This document shows, piece after piece, positions 28,206-41,883 of a DNA stretch of 64,000 nucleotides. Made by a program: the position numbers and the translations under genes. A model generated the notes under the pieces. The model was not told where the DNA came from. It worked only from the letters and a program-made list of their open reading frames with translations, and ran no database searches. How positions within the stretch are numbered: the first letter of the stretch is position 1; every line of letters starts with the position of its first letter. This DNA is from Eledone cirrhosa (lineage: Eukaryota): contig OZ024740.1 of the NCBI GenBank assembly GCA_964016885.1, positions 111,724,001-111,788,000 of the forward strand, given 5' to 3'.

Positions 28206-28859
28206 TACCAACATCATGAAGTTATGCTAGCGTAGTATAAAAGCATTACATTCTTCTATATTCTTGTTTCAATTTTAATTTATCAGTCTATTCGACATTC
28301 CAGAGAAATTATCTGCCAAAAAAAAAATCAATAATAAAAAATAATAAATACATGATTCAGAAATATAACATTCATAGAACGTTTCTATCTTTTCTATCAC
28401 TCAGTGAAGTAGATTCAACATTTGAAATAATCGTATGAGGCAATTTATTTTATCTTTATTGATAACGGTTTAGTCAACAGGTTTAGCAGCAGACGACAAA
28501 CCATTCACGGCGAAATAATTCTGTTGTTCGGAAGCCATTAATGTGTAAAAATGTTTGTCATATTATTTCTGTACCATGCCTGGCTACAGGGATTGATTAC
28601 GTGACGTCACTTTGTCAAATGGTCTGTTTAAAAATAGGAAGTGAGAGTGAGAGGGTGTGGGTCTGAAGAAGGGATGGTGCTAATGACAGTAATATTTACT
28701 TTGATTTCATACCATTCCAATAAAATATTTGATTTTTTTTTACAACTACTCAGATGGTATGTTTATGTGTGTCTGTGCGTGGATGCATGGATATGTGTGA
28801 AGGTGCGTGGTTAAGTCTCCAAGTATCGGTCGTTCCCCGACAGATTTACGGTCGAGCTC

Positions 28860-29035
28860 GTAGCTGTGGAGACTTCTGGTGTCCTTGGTCCTTGGACCAC
28901 ATCCCTACACACCACCAGCAGCACGGAGTTAGCTACTCGCAAGTGTGAGCCGCGTGAGCTGCAATGGCTCTTTCAACGCGTCTACCTCATCATCCTTCGG
29001 AGAAACACCTTTTCTATTCAGTCGGCCAGGGCGGC
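28860..29035 (+). pseudogene. CRE-clade retrotransposon C-terminal fragment, paralog of 17505-17690
   Basis: VETSGVLGPWTTSL...ELATRKCEPRELQWLFQRVYLIILRRNTFSIQSA. Confidence 0.75.
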
Positions 29036-29619
29036 GGGGCGACCAGCGCGTGGGCTCCTGTTTGCTTATAATAGTGAGAAATGGGGAGTGTAAGATAGTT
29101 GGAGGTAGTGACTATACCAGCATTGCCGAAGTATTTTATTGAGTTAAAGGTTAAGTGATTTTACGATAAATAAGTAGATAGACATACACACAAGTTTCAT
29201 TTACACATCAGGAGTTTGATTTGCCGTTCCTCTAATTCACAAAGGTGGGAAAAAGTTAATGGTATTATACCTGCAATTTAAAGTGGCAGCTTTCTCACAT
29301 ACTCTAACAAACTGAATCTCCCTGAGAACTACATTAAAAATACATGTATCTCTAGATTGCTCAGCAACCTGTACGTTAATTTTATGAACAGACTATTCCG
29401 TTGATCACATCAACTAGAATACTTACCATTGGGACCCAGGAAATGTTAACATGTGTGTGTGTGTGTGTGTGGGGGGGGGGAGAGAGAGAGAGAGAGAGAG
29501 TATTATGTGTGTGTCTTTAAAAGTTACGCGCACGCATATACCTTAGAAAGCATTTAAAAAATATCATTATCGTCATCATCACCACCATCAGTATTAATAT
29601 AATTATGTACCTCACAATA

Positions 29620-29965
29620 ATGATAGTAGTAGTAATAGTAGTAGTAGTAGTAGTAGTAGTAGGTGGTGGTGGTGGTGGTGGCGGTTGTAGTAGCAGTAGC
29701 AGCAGTAGTAGTAGCAGTAGTAGTAGTGGTGGTGGTGGTGATGGTGGTGGTAGTAGTAGTAGTCCTGGTGGTAGTGGTGGTGGTGGTGGTGGTAGTAGTA
29801 AGTAGTAGTATTAGTAGTAGCAGTAGCAGTAGTAGTAGAAGTACCAGCAGCAGCAGCAGTAGTAGTAGTAGTAGTAGTAGTAGCAGCAGCAGCTGCAGCA
29901 GCAGTAGGAGTAGTAGTAGTAGTAGCAGCAGCAGCAGTAGTAGGAGTAGTAGTAGTAGTAGCAGC

Positions 29966-30003
<38 letters not shown>

Positions 30004-30118
30004 CAGCAGCAGCAGCAGCAGCAGTAGGAGTAGTAGTAGTAGTAGTAGCAGCAGCAGTAGTAGTAGTAGTAGTAGCAGCAGCAGCAGCAGCAGTAGGAGT
30101 AGGAGTAGTAGTAGTAGT

Positions 30119-30150
<32 letters not shown>

Positions 30151-30292
30151 TAGTAGTAGTAGCAGCAGCAGCAGTAGTAGTAGTAGTAGCAGCAGCAGCA
30201 GCAGTAGTAGGAGTAGGAGTAGTAGTAGTAGTAGCAGCAGCAGCAGTAGTAGTAGTAGTAGTAGCAGCAGCAGCAGTAGTAGTAGTAGTAGT
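29620..30292. repeat. (AGT)n/(AGC)n/(GGT)n compound trinucleotide array
   Basis: Direct inspection. Confidence 0.95.
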
Positions 30293-30544
30293 GTTTTCTA
30301 ACATAGGCACGTAATGGAATAAAAAAACAACAACCTTAATTGTGACACGCATTAAATTTTGGGCAGACGAATTGAAACATCGTCAAAATTCAATTTGACA
30401 CGCGATCAAATGTCAAGATGAAGTGTAGTCAAATATCATTATGTGGATTGGAGATTAACCCTTTTGATACCAAACTGCTCCTGATTCAATGAACCTGCTG
30501 ATTCCAAACTGTTTATATTTACCTAAAAACCAATTAGCTTTTAT

Positions 30545-30725
30545 GGCCAAAACCAATGGACAGGAGAACCAAGGTTAGACCCTGAGCAAGTAGATTGGAT
30601 AACATACAAGACCTCGGATGGTCTCGCTTGGGGATGCAGCAGGATCATTTGGAGATGGTTGGTCCGACAGGACCCGCTGGAAGGAGTGTTTGAAGGCCCT
30701 GTACCCACAACTGTCCAAGGAATAA
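30545..30725 (+). mobile_element. RTE-type LINE 3' fragment, same family as 58220-59095
   Basis: ttggataacatacaagacctcggatggtctcgcttgggga...gacaggacccgctggaagga is shared with the 58.2-59.0 kb copies. Confidence 0.7.
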
Positions 30726-31129
30726 TTTGTTGAAGTAGATGAAGACCATCTATAATGATTTTATGTAAGAAACGTTTCTTTAGTTATATTTCAAACAGAT
30801 TAATAATGGGAAAGTTAGTTCTGTTATAAAATTCCTTCAGATTCTTGATTATTTTTGTAATGATTTAAAAATCATTTGCAGTGTAATTTATTAGAAATAT
30901 GGTAACAAAAGCGTGAAAAGAGACTTTTTCCAACCCGTTTCTATTTTCTGATACATATTTAAACACCAGGCGGCAAATTGAGTTGTAAAAAGTCGTATTA
31001 AATGTCGCGTTCTTCTTTGTCCCAGTTCTCAACGTTTTGAGATCATATTTTGCTTTTCACCCTTTCCGGTTCCATATACAAAGTTCTAGTACAGGGCAGT
31101 GATTTGACCGAATTCTTTAAGAGTCGAAT

Positions 31130-31315
31130 AAGATGCTTTGCAGCATCTGTTCCAGCACACTGCATTCTAAGTAAAGATCACACCCATGTCAACTTTGCCT
31201 TTCATCATTTCGGAGTCGATAAAATAAAGTACCAGTTACGCACTAGGGTCAATTTAATCGACTTTCCCCTCCCCCAAAATTGCTGGCCTTGTGCCTATAT
31301 ATGAAATCATTATTA
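31130..31315 (+). mobile_element. SINE, older variant of the 4314 family
   Basis: gtcaactttgcctttcatcatttcggagtcgataaaataaagtaccag...gctggccttgtgcc. Confidence 0.8.
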
Positions 31316-31699
31316 ATGACTCTTACAAAATATTTGCAGTTCTAACTGTGCATTCTGAATTCAAATACCGTCCCCTGTCACGCAAACGCTATAATGCTTC
31401 TGTCAAGATTTACGACCAGTGGATAGTATCAGCAATGAAAACAGATTTTTTTTTGGAGGGAGGTGCTGTTCGAACTGGCGATTAGATCCTTTCCTGCTCT
31501 TTACTTATAAACATCAAACAAAATAGGCTTTCAACAGATATAAAAAGAGCCATAAAACCTAGAATTTTTGTGGGCAATTTCCTATTGGATGCCAACGTAG
31601 GTAAGGGTAACTTCGATAGCATCTCGCTTGACAAAAGAATTCACTACCTAAGTCAGGGCTTAACCCTTTTTACCTATGTATATATGTGCGTGTGGACGA

Positions 31700-31759
<60 letters not shown>

Positions 31760-31797
31760 GCATTTATATATATATATATATATATACATATACATGC

Positions 31798-31839
<42 letters not shown>

Positions 31840-31845
31840 GTGTAT

Positions 31846-31923
<78 letters not shown>

Positions 31924-32974
31924 CATGAAACTTAAACACGTTTATCTTTTTTCTTTTCTTGTCATTTCTTGAAACCACCCCAACTGACATTAACACACTT
32001 TTTCACAGCTATTTTGTTAACGTAACTTAATTGCTATCGAGACTGAAAACCATTAACGTCAGTGTTTAACTGGCAACGACCTGTTGGTTTAAGTATATAA
32101 CAGATATGAGCACTGGAAGCAGCAATAAACAAACGAGTAGAAGCCGTCCTTATGTCTAGAATGAACTCATTGTTATAGGTTTGTTATATCAGTAACATGA
32201 GATACGTTAGTTTCAGTTCATAATATCAAAATAAGCAACGTTTTTTTTTGTTTTATTTTTCTAGTTGTCATCATCTTGAGTGAATTGTCGGTTGTGTATA
32301 AGAGAAGTAAGTATAGGCTTGTGACGGCGCCTAGGGATTTAGTGTCCTATACTAGTTCTAAAATATGCGCTCCCTTTTTTCAGTTATGCACTCCATTCTC
32401 CAAATAAAATACCTTCAACTTCCAGTCTGGCACGCTGACGGAACTAGTTTTTAAAGCTTTTTGCTCTGATCACACAAAGAAAATTACTAAATTAGCATTA
32501 CCTGCTACACAGTCCACACCCATCCACCCCAAATCATGTGACACATTATATCACAATACGACCCTCTCCACTTCTTTAGATATTTTCATGACATTGCTAC
32601 TCGGCAAAGATGATTACTTCTTTGTTAATTGAATGCAAGAAATCATATATTTAAGTCGATTATTCAATTTTGTATAAATCCAAGGTGCTGTAACGTTTCA
32701 CATTGCGACTCCCTGGGGTATGTGCCCTAGGTGGCTGCACAGTTGACCTAATAACGCCAGCCCTGTGTATAGGAAAAATTAGAAGATTAAATATTGTGTT
32801 ACCATATTTCTCATGAAAGACACTACTTACTCACGATTTTCAAATAATTGGAAGATTTTTTTCAGTGAGATATCAAAACATTAATTTATTTACAATACCG
32901 GTTTCAGCATTATATGCATTGTCAATTGCGAATATGCAGAATATCGTTAAGTTGCATATTTGTACAAATAGTGA

Positions 32975-33170
32975 TAATAATTGTTTCTACTTATGTCACA
33001 AGTCCAGCAAATTATCCCACTGTATTACTGGTACTTTATTTTATCGATCCCATAAGGATGAAAGGCAAAGTTAACCTCAGCGGGATTTGAACTCAGACCA
33101 TAAAGGGCCGTAACTCTTTGCTGCAAAGCATGGCGCCAGACCCTCTACCGATACTGCCAATCCACCTGAT
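32975..33170 (-). mobile_element. SINE, same family as 4314
   Basis: ctggtactttattttatcgatcccataaggatgaaaggcaaagttaacctcagcgggatttgaactc. Confidence 0.85.
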
Positions 33171-33299
33171 AATAATAATAATAATATAAAACAAAAAAAT
33201 GAAAATAAAATGGGGAAGAAAAATTAATTTTCACATACATGTTCATTCAGAGAAGAGAGTTCGTTTCTCTGTCCACCCTACTCTGCTTATAGCTTGGTT

Positions 33300-33397
<98 letters not shown>

Positions 33398-34256
33398 TTT
33401 TTTTTTCACTAGACAAACAACTATGTGGCAGTTTCAAACCTTTCGTAATATAGATTAGTTATTCTTTTTTTAAGGTTTAAATCTTTCTGTACCCTATTTT
33501 TATGAAACATGCTGTGTATCATTTACAAACTATTTTAAAGATAATCAGAAATTTTAAGGGAGTGAGTGAACTTTTGGAGTATAATTTAACAAGAGCTCTA
33601 ACATGATGGAGCATTATTTAGATAAATATAAACTCTTTAAAGATATCATATATCCAGGGCCAGTTAAATATTAACGTGAGAAATAAATTTTGAAATTCAT
33701 AAAAGTATCTCCCCTTTTATTAATGACCTGCTCACAATTACCACTAAGTCTTATGATTGATTCAATAATGTTTTGTGTTTCTTAAGGTTGGGAGTCAGTG
33801 TTAGATATCTAAATGGATTATAGTAATTAACAAAGTGCCCAACATCTGTCTTAGAATGAAATTCTATATCACTCACCTTTCTATCACAATTTTAATTAAA
33901 AAGTGAACTCATTCCAACCTGCCAACAATACGTAAATTCTTTCTCTGCAATTTCATAACAAAAGTTGGCGAAGAGGAAAAATCCATCGTTATTGTTACAA
34001 TATTGCTGTATTAAAATAGTTATTTCCACAGTAGCGTATATTAAGATGCTATACATCAACAATGTACTATATATGCACATGCACATGCACATACATACGT
34101 ACATATATGCATATATACATAGATACACACACATATATATATATGTGTGTGTGTATATATATGTACATATATATGTATTTGTAAACATATCATACATATA
34201 CACTCTCTCCATATATATACATATATATATATGGAGAGAGAGAGAGAGAGAGAAAG

Positions 34257-34309
<53 letters not shown>

Positions 34310-34886
34310 TAGAGAGAGAAAGTGATAGAAAGAGAGACATATATAATAGATCAGTAGTGATGATTTCCAATACAATAATATGCCAATACAATATTTCAAC
34401 AATACGTATTTTTCTCCCTTTTCTAGCTTTCGCTTGATATTATCCTAACCTAGTGGGTGGAGGTGTTGGTGGTTGTTTTTCCCTTCTCTTTTCCCTTCCT
34501 CAACTATAGATGGCTTTATATATTGAATACCTCACCACACCACACTCTATAGCACACCATATGAATACTACACAACCATACCACCAACACTATGCCAACA
34601 CTACACCACCAACATCTCCACAATAACACCTAACCTAGTTATAAACCCATTCTACCTTGAAGCATCCTTTTACCAAACATCTGTTCTCTTTAATGGATCA
34701 AAGAGACTAGAAGGTGTTCAAGAATTTTTATCTGCCGGGGAAATTATTTTTTTAAGTCTCTACTTTCGGATATTTTTTTAAATACTTCAGTGGATAAGTT
34801 TGAATTTTTTCGTTGCTTTCTTTATAATCTTTCTTTCCGCGGGTCCCTCTGCCTTTCTCACTTTTTTATTACTCTTTCCCACTGCG

Positions 34887-34967
<81 letters not shown>

Positions 34968-35026
34968 ATATTATACATCTCGTTAGATTCTATAGATGTG
35001 TATACATATACATATATATATATACA

Positions 35027-35230
35027 TGGTGGCTGCCAACTCGTTTTCGAGTACGGCCACTACTTTATATCCATGAAGGAGAACCCCTACCGATGCGCTG
35101 AACGAGTGTGACTTTTTAGTCCAGCCAGCGACTTCAAAATTCTGGTGCAAACACTACACTTGTGACAATTATTGACACATAGTGCTGGGTATGGTACCAT
35201 GTGACGACAAGTGCAGAGAGATCTCCAGAT
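35027..35230 (-). mobile_element. RTE-type LINE extreme 3' end with a C2H2 finger
   Basis: CHKCSVCTRILKSLAGLKSHTRSAHR*; its 3' UTR ctcgttttcgagtacggcc resembles 35483-35501. Confidence 0.7.
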
Positions 35231-35424
35231 ATAAATCAATGCCTGTGCCATGAAGCGTTTATAGTGAGCAAAGGCACGGCACAAAGCCTGTCCCACTCTC
35301 TTAACCAAGATGATATTTACCGAAAAGAAGAACAAGTCAACATCAGTGGATACCATCAGGGTTGCAGGTGTTATATCAGAGTTTTCCTTCTCCTAGAATT
35401 CTCCCTTGACAACGGCTAAGGGGT

Positions 35425-35470
<46 letters not shown>

Positions 35471-35577
35471 GATGGCTTCCCCCTCGTTATCGAGTATGGC
35501 CATTGCACGAGGCGAAAGAAAAAAAAATAAAACAATAATAATAATAATAAATAAATAAAAAGAATATAAAAAAAAAG

Positions 35578-35628
<51 letters not shown>

Positions 35629-35797
35629 CATACACATATACACACACACACACACACACTCACACACACATATACACACACACATACATTAACAACAATA
35701 ACAATAACAATAACAACAACAACAATAATAAAAACGACAACAACAATAATGATATACATATACATATATATATACACACACATGCACACACATAAGC

Positions 35798-35843
<46 letters not shown>

Positions 35844-35849
35844 TAGCAA

Positions 35850-36400
35850 CTAACAGCGCTGCGATCGAATGTGGCTTTTTAGCCCAGCCAATGATCTAAA
35901 ATGTCTTGCACAGAGTCGGCAACCAAAACATTCACTGGGAATAGTCGGCTGTGGTTGGAGTTCGTGTACTTTTGCATGTCGCTTGAGCCCTCCTGCTGAT
36001 TTACATTCTCTGCCACATGTTTGGAAAGCATGATGAGTAGCATCTCCAACAGCAGCCTGGTAGTCAACCACTGGTCTTACTTTATGACTGCGAAGATGAC
36101 TTTCGAGTCCAGCTTTGCTTAGGCAGAGTCTCGCACATACGCTGCATGTCAGCACCATAGGAGGACCCTCGCCGTCTGGAAGTGCAACAGCAATGCCTTT
36201 CCTCACATCCCGCTTTACTTTCTCGTATGCGATTCGAGATGCCTCAAAGGCAACTTTTCCCTCATATACAGTCTTTCTCCATTTATTACGATCAGCAGCA
36301 ATATTCTCCCATGTATCAGCAGAGATGTTAGCGTCTTTCAGAGAGGTTTTCAAGGAATCCTTATACCTCTTTTTTGGTTTATGTGGCGGTCGTTTTCCCG
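35850..36400 (-). mobile_element. RTE-type LINE C-terminal fragment with three C2H2-like zinc fingers
   Basis: GKRPPHKPKKRYKDSLKTSLK...TWENIAADRNKWR (RTE post-RT motif), then CSVCARLCLSKAGLESHLRSH, FQTCGRECKSAGGLKRHAKVH and CRLCARHFRSLAGLKSHIRSQ. Confidence 0.85.
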
Positions 36401-36446
36401 TTACATACATTTATATATACATACATATATATATATATATATATGC

Positions 36447-36496
<50 letters not shown>

Positions 36497-36752
36497 TAAA
36501 GTATGTCCATAGAATCATTTGATAATACATAAACACCATTTCTTCTCCCAATTATCATAATTAACCACATAAAAAATCAATTAGACCAGGCTATAAGATT
36601 AAAAGGCTCCTTTAAAGAAATATTTGATAAATAAACGATAGCAGTCTCTTCGCGGCCGACCGCAATAGAATATTTACCCAACATTTACATCGTCAACCAT
36701 ACATAATTAGGTATAAAATTAAAGTTAGAAGAAATGCGTACACTCTTACCAG

Positions 36753-36845
36753 GATTATGTCTCTACTCTCGGGTTTCGTTCGCGTTTTGAGATATCCTAG
36801 TAAGGATAAAATCTCGAGTTTCGAACTCGTCAGGAAAAAAAAATC
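36753..36845 (-). ncRNA. Type I hammerhead ribozyme motif, intact core with long stem II
   Basis: Minus strand tttc-ctgacga-gttcg...tatcct/aggata...cgaac-gaaa-cccgagag-ta-gaga; perfect 5-bp G-C-closed stem II base; GUA site. Confidence 0.8.
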
Positions 36846-37111
36846 AAAGGACAAGTAATTTTCCAAAGCGATCCCCCGCCAGAAACAGATTCAAAATGGC
36901 TAAGAATCGTGACGTGGCAGTGGTCAAGTTAGAAAGAATGTGATTGGTTGATTACGGCGAGTGGGCTGGTTGCTAGAAAGCGCAGCCCAATATTGCCCAA
37001 ATTGCATCTCAACTTAATGGGAGATTATACACAAACTAAACAAAGTCACAGATATATATGTTTTGGCAACCATTCACGATGTGGCTCAATGAAGAATTAA
37101 TAAATTAAATA

Positions 37112-37149
<38 letters not shown>

Positions 37150-37670
37150 TTGTGCTTTGTCGTGACCAAAGCTGAATGGCTGCATTTTCTTTGCAAATAT
37201 GTACGTGTGCTTGTATGTACAAACATACATACACAAATATATATTTCAGAAGAGAGACAGATATTTTCATCATTATAACCACATGGATGATGAGGAGTAC
37301 AAGGAAGAGGGGAAGAATCATCACCGTCATCATAAACATCATCATATTTATCCACTTGACGAGAAGCCATACTAATGACTACAGCTCCAGCAATATAATC
37401 ATCATCATCATTTAAAACAACAACAACAAACAAACAGCATGATGCAACATTGTTAATTCCAAAGAAACCCAGCGAAGCAGTAACAACAACGAACAAAACC
37501 ATGATATCGATAACAACAACAATGACAACAAAGATAGCAATACCAAGATCAATAGTAAATTCAACAGGAATAATATTAATAAATTAATAAAAACATCGAT
37601 ATGGCCATTCTCAGTAACAGTAGCAAACAACACCTGCAACATCAACACGAAGAACAGCCTCAACATGAAA

Positions 37671-37729
<59 letters not shown>

Positions 37730-37730
<1 letters not shown>

Positions 37731-38240
37731 TTACCACATTCTGAGAAGTGGTATGAGCATAAGCCAGAGTCGGTGATAGAAAACGATCAGGTGAAGGTGC
37801 TGTGGGATTTTAGGATACAGACGGACAAGAAACTGGAACACAATAGACCTGACCTTGTGGTTGTGGACAAAGAAAAAAGATCGTGCCTGATTGTGGATGT
37901 GGCCTGCCCATTCGACACGAGAGTGCAAGAGAAGGAGAGGGAGAAAATTAACCGATACCAGGACTTAAAGTGGGAGGTAAAAAGGATTTGGAACTGCCAT
38001 GAAGTCAAAGTGGTCCCGATTGTCATAGGCGCACTGGGGACTATCTCCAAAGGTTTCCAGGGATGGTTAAAGAAAATTGGCCCCGCCACGCTTTTTGGAA
38101 CGCTTAAACGGCATGCTTGCTGGGAACAGCAAGAACCCTCCGATACGTCCTGAATATCTGAGGCTGCAGGTAGTGGCTTGATATACATTTCAACAAACTT
38201 TCCAGTTAACTAACATCAATGACTGAGACTCAAAGAACAA
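37730..38240 (+). mobile_element. R4/Dong-clade non-LTR retrotransposon, 5'-truncated (restriction-like endonuclease domain), inserted in (TAA)n
   Basis: KWYEHKPESVIEND..KVLWDFRIQTD...HNRPDLVVVDK....IVDVACPFD...KEREKI.RYQDL...VVPIVIGALG; (TAA)n on both sides, the known Dong target. Confidence 0.9.
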
Positions 38241-38253
38241 TAATAATAATAAT

Positions 38254-38452
38254 AATAATGATTTCTTTATTGGCCACAAGGGCTGACATCAAGAAAAACA
38301 TTACAGACGGCACAGGACGGTACAGGACGGTACGATGTGGGTTTTGTGCGTGTAAATATTTTTATTATTTATATAACAAAAGAAAAAAAGACATAGAAAC
38401 ATATATATATATAAACAATAAAAATGAAAATTGAAACAATGAAAAATTCCCC
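38254..38452 (-). mobile_element. Short 3'-end-only copy of a Tx1-related LINE subfamily
   Basis: The minus strand ends cttgtggccaataaagaaatc(att)n, like the adjacent long element; near-identical copy at 63283-63428. Confidence 0.75.
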
Positions 38453-38484
<32 letters not shown>

Positions 38485-38789
38485 TTTCATTTATTGGCCA
38501 CAAGAGCCGACATATAGGGGACAATACAAAAGACTGTGAGAGTGGGGGTTTACATATATACAACGTGTAAACAATAATAACAATAACAAAATAACAAGAA
38601 AAATACAAGAAAAATTCTCCAATGGGGGAGGGGGTGACCACCCAGGGTTCGCTCAGGTTCCCCACCAATCCTGAACGACCCGACGCTTCGAGAGCACCCG
38701 GAAAGGGCACCCCTCTCCTCCTAAAATTCACCCACCTACAGGCGCATCATCAGAATAGGCCCACTCACACGGGCGATTCACGCCACATT

Positions 38790-41700
38790 CACCCACCTTT
38801 CAGCAAATGTACTGGGGGGCAGCATTTCTATCTCCACCCTCACCTTCCTTTCCAAGTGACAAAGTTGATGAGGGGTTGGACGAAGAGAAAAGTGTCTGTC
38901 TTCAGTCCTTTCAACCTCGTCCACCATACAACCTCCTTCGCTACTGCCACCAGACAGAGGAAAATTGCCTGCCCTTCCTGGCCAAAAGAAGGCGGCGGGT
39001 CGATCTTCACTATGGACTCGGCCGATAGCCGGATCCGTTCTACACGCGACAACAGCTTTTCAACATAACTCCACGAGTCAGTAATGCACGGACACTAGAC
39101 GAGTGCGTGCAGAACGGTTTCGTCGCTCTGCGCGCATCTCGGGCAGGTCCGTCTGACAGCACTTCCGTGCCTGTAGAGTTTATCTCGAACCGGTGGTGCC
39201 CCTCAGTAGCACTGCCAAGCGAGGGATTTTGGGAAATTATCCATCGTTCCCGGTTCGAAAGTCACCAGTACAGACTGGTTAGCTCGACTTCGTCGGCGCC
39301 CAGAGCCTCTCCGAGTGCGTCGTCGCACTTGCCCACCACTAATCCTCTATAGAACTCGAAAGTGGAAGTTCCACTGACCGCATTGCTCGCCTGGTAGAGG
39401 GCAGTGAGTGCCTGGCAGAATTCCAGATGCCAGTCACCCAGTCTTGGTCTCTTCTTGACCCAGGACTGCAGCTCAGTCAAAGAGACGAGCTGCGGAAAGG
39501 CCCGTCTGACAAACGGCGACCACACCTGTTCACCGTTTAGGCAGAATATCTGGAGATGCCGCAGACTCAGCGCGTGTCTGCGTATCATTAGCCAAGGCAT
39601 GCCCAGCCCTCCACGTAGAGAGTGCTGGCAGCAGATGGACCGTCTCACCAACGGAACTTGTCCCCTCCACAAGAATTTGAAGATGAGCCGCTCCAGTTGG
39701 CGAGGCGCGAACGGAGGCAAGGGATGAGGGTCAGGCGGTAGTAGATGACGGACGTGATTTACGCGTTTGCGACCTCCGCCCAACCTGTCAGTGATAGCTT
39801 TCTGGGTGAGACTAGCTAACCTGCTCGTCACCACGTCCCAACTATTATCCATCTGGAGGTTTGGCCCGAACAAAAGCCCCGAGCAAAAGCCCCGAGCAAC
39901 TTTACCGGTCCGTCTGTCCAGCGCCCAACGACGTTGTTGGACGGCATGGACTTGCCTCTCCAGCTGCCGAGTTGCAACCCCACCGACTTTTCCGTGTTAA
40001 GTTTTACTCCCGTCAACCTTTCATATTCCTCCAATAAGTTGCCGACCACCTCGATTTTTGAGGTGTCTGACAAAATCACGGTGATGTCGTCTGCATAAGC
40101 CAACACATCCTTTCTGCGTCTCGGTTCGAGCGGGATGCCCTGCAGTAGAGGCTCGAGAGTCAATACGTACAGAAGAGAGGAGAGAGGGTACCCTTGATGG
40201 ACCAATCGGGAGATCTGAAACGGTTCCGAGAGGTGGCGATTAACTTTCACCACCGAACAGATGCCGCTGTGCATTGCAGCGATCCAGCTTCCGAAGACGA
40301 GGCTGAAGCCAGCTGCCTTGAGGACAGCCTCCAGGTACTGATGGTCGACGCTATCGAATACTTTCGATTGATCTCAATTGATCAGAGCCCCACCAAAGCC
40401 AGGTTTACACTCTACCCTCTCTATGATGTATCGCATCAGGTGGAGGTTGTGGTGTATGGACCTGGTTGGGCTTGCGCCTCCCCAACCAAAGCCTCGACGA
40501 CAAGCGCCTACCTCTTCGCTAACACCTTGGTCTGTTGAGCAGAGTTATGGGCCTAAAATTGTCTAATGTATCCCTCTTGTTCTCGTCTTTCCTTATCAGC
40601 GTCACTACGCCTTGGCTCACAGAAGTGGGAATACTCCCGTTCTTCTGCCAGTTGCAGTAGAGCGCTTCGAGATCGGAGAACAAGTCTGGCATATTTACGT
40701 AAAGCTCATAGGGCAGACCATCGAAACCGGGTGACTTGAGCCTCATGCAGTCGACAAGGGCATCCTGAATCTCGGCTGAAGTAATCGGTCTTTCGCAGCG
40801 CTCAACGTCGGCCGTCGAGATTTGCGGCAAGCCATCGAGGTAGGGACTGAAGTAAGTCCATCCGCGTCTCTGACCTGCCACTTCCCCGAACAACCGAGCA
40901 AAATGTTGGCGAAAGGCCTCACTCATCCGCTTGGAATCGCTCAGTTCGTGTCCGTCTCGGTCCGTCAAAGACCGAATCGTGGTTTTATTACCACGCTGCA
41001 CCTCTGTTACGCGGACCCGTCGAACAGCTTTGGTTCCCTTGTTTCTCAGAGCACGCGCCTTAGCTCTGACCATGCAACCTTCGTGTTTCGCATTGAAGAA
41101 ATGGTCTAATGCCATTCTCGCTGCTAGCGCGTTGTTGCAATGCCACTACAAATAGCCTCGTCTAACTTATCTATCACTCCCCCTCCTTTCTATTTTTCTC
41201 TACCCCTACTTCTTTGCTAAACTCTATTGACATTACTATAATCTCTTTTTTGAGAGCCCCCCACCATCTATTGTTGACGACTCCCCCTGTCAACTTTTTC
41301 TTAACTAAATTGTTGACCCGGTCCCTGTAAGCCTTACGTGCCGGAAATGACATGTTCAGCTTCCAATAACCAGGTCCTAACCTACGCATCTTATCTAGTT
41401 CGACCATACAGATCACAAGCTTGTGATCTGAATAGGCAACCGTATGTAACTGTGGACACCCTATGCTATCCTTATCCACTAATCTAATTAGAAACCTATC
41501 TAAGTACGATCTAGGGGCGTAGACGGCCACCAGTCTAAAGGCACCACCTTCACTATTGTTCACGTCCAGGACCACCAACTTACCGTCCGGGTCCCGGAAG
41601 ATCGACCTTACGTCGAGATCCAGGCTTTTCCTAAACAGCACTGCCACCTCACCTCCCATTCCCAGCCGACTAACAGATGCGAAGATCTGATAGTCGTCGA

Positions 41701-41854
41701 AAATAGGGGCTATTGCGCGCATGTCGGAAATCCTGGTCTCGCTGACGGCAATTTCATCCATTTCTAGAGACCTGAGGTCGTTGAGCAGGTGACCCTGTTT
41801 CCAGGAAGATCCCAGGCCTCGAACATTTAAACATCCTACTCTTAATATGGCCGT
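38790..41854 (-). pseudogene. LINE ORF2 (APE endonuclease, reverse transcriptase, zf-RVT-like), frameshifted with deletions
   Basis: ILRVGCLNVRGLG, IAVSET, VAVYAP, YLDR, YSDHK, GPGYWKLN, KSPGFDGLPYE, NFRPITLLN, QGYPLS, AYADD, GGLGMP, CPRCAQSDETVLH. Confidence 0.9.
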
Positions 41855-41883
41855 GTTGGCAGGCTAAAATAGTGAGGAAAGGT

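Noticed and set aside
28375-28420. Hammerhead-like ctgagtga...gaaacgttc on the minus strand
   Set aside because: Core spacing is wrong and the stems are weak
32315-32770. Possible hAT-like MITE ending in gccagccctg
   Set aside because: Could not identify matching TIRs or a TSD
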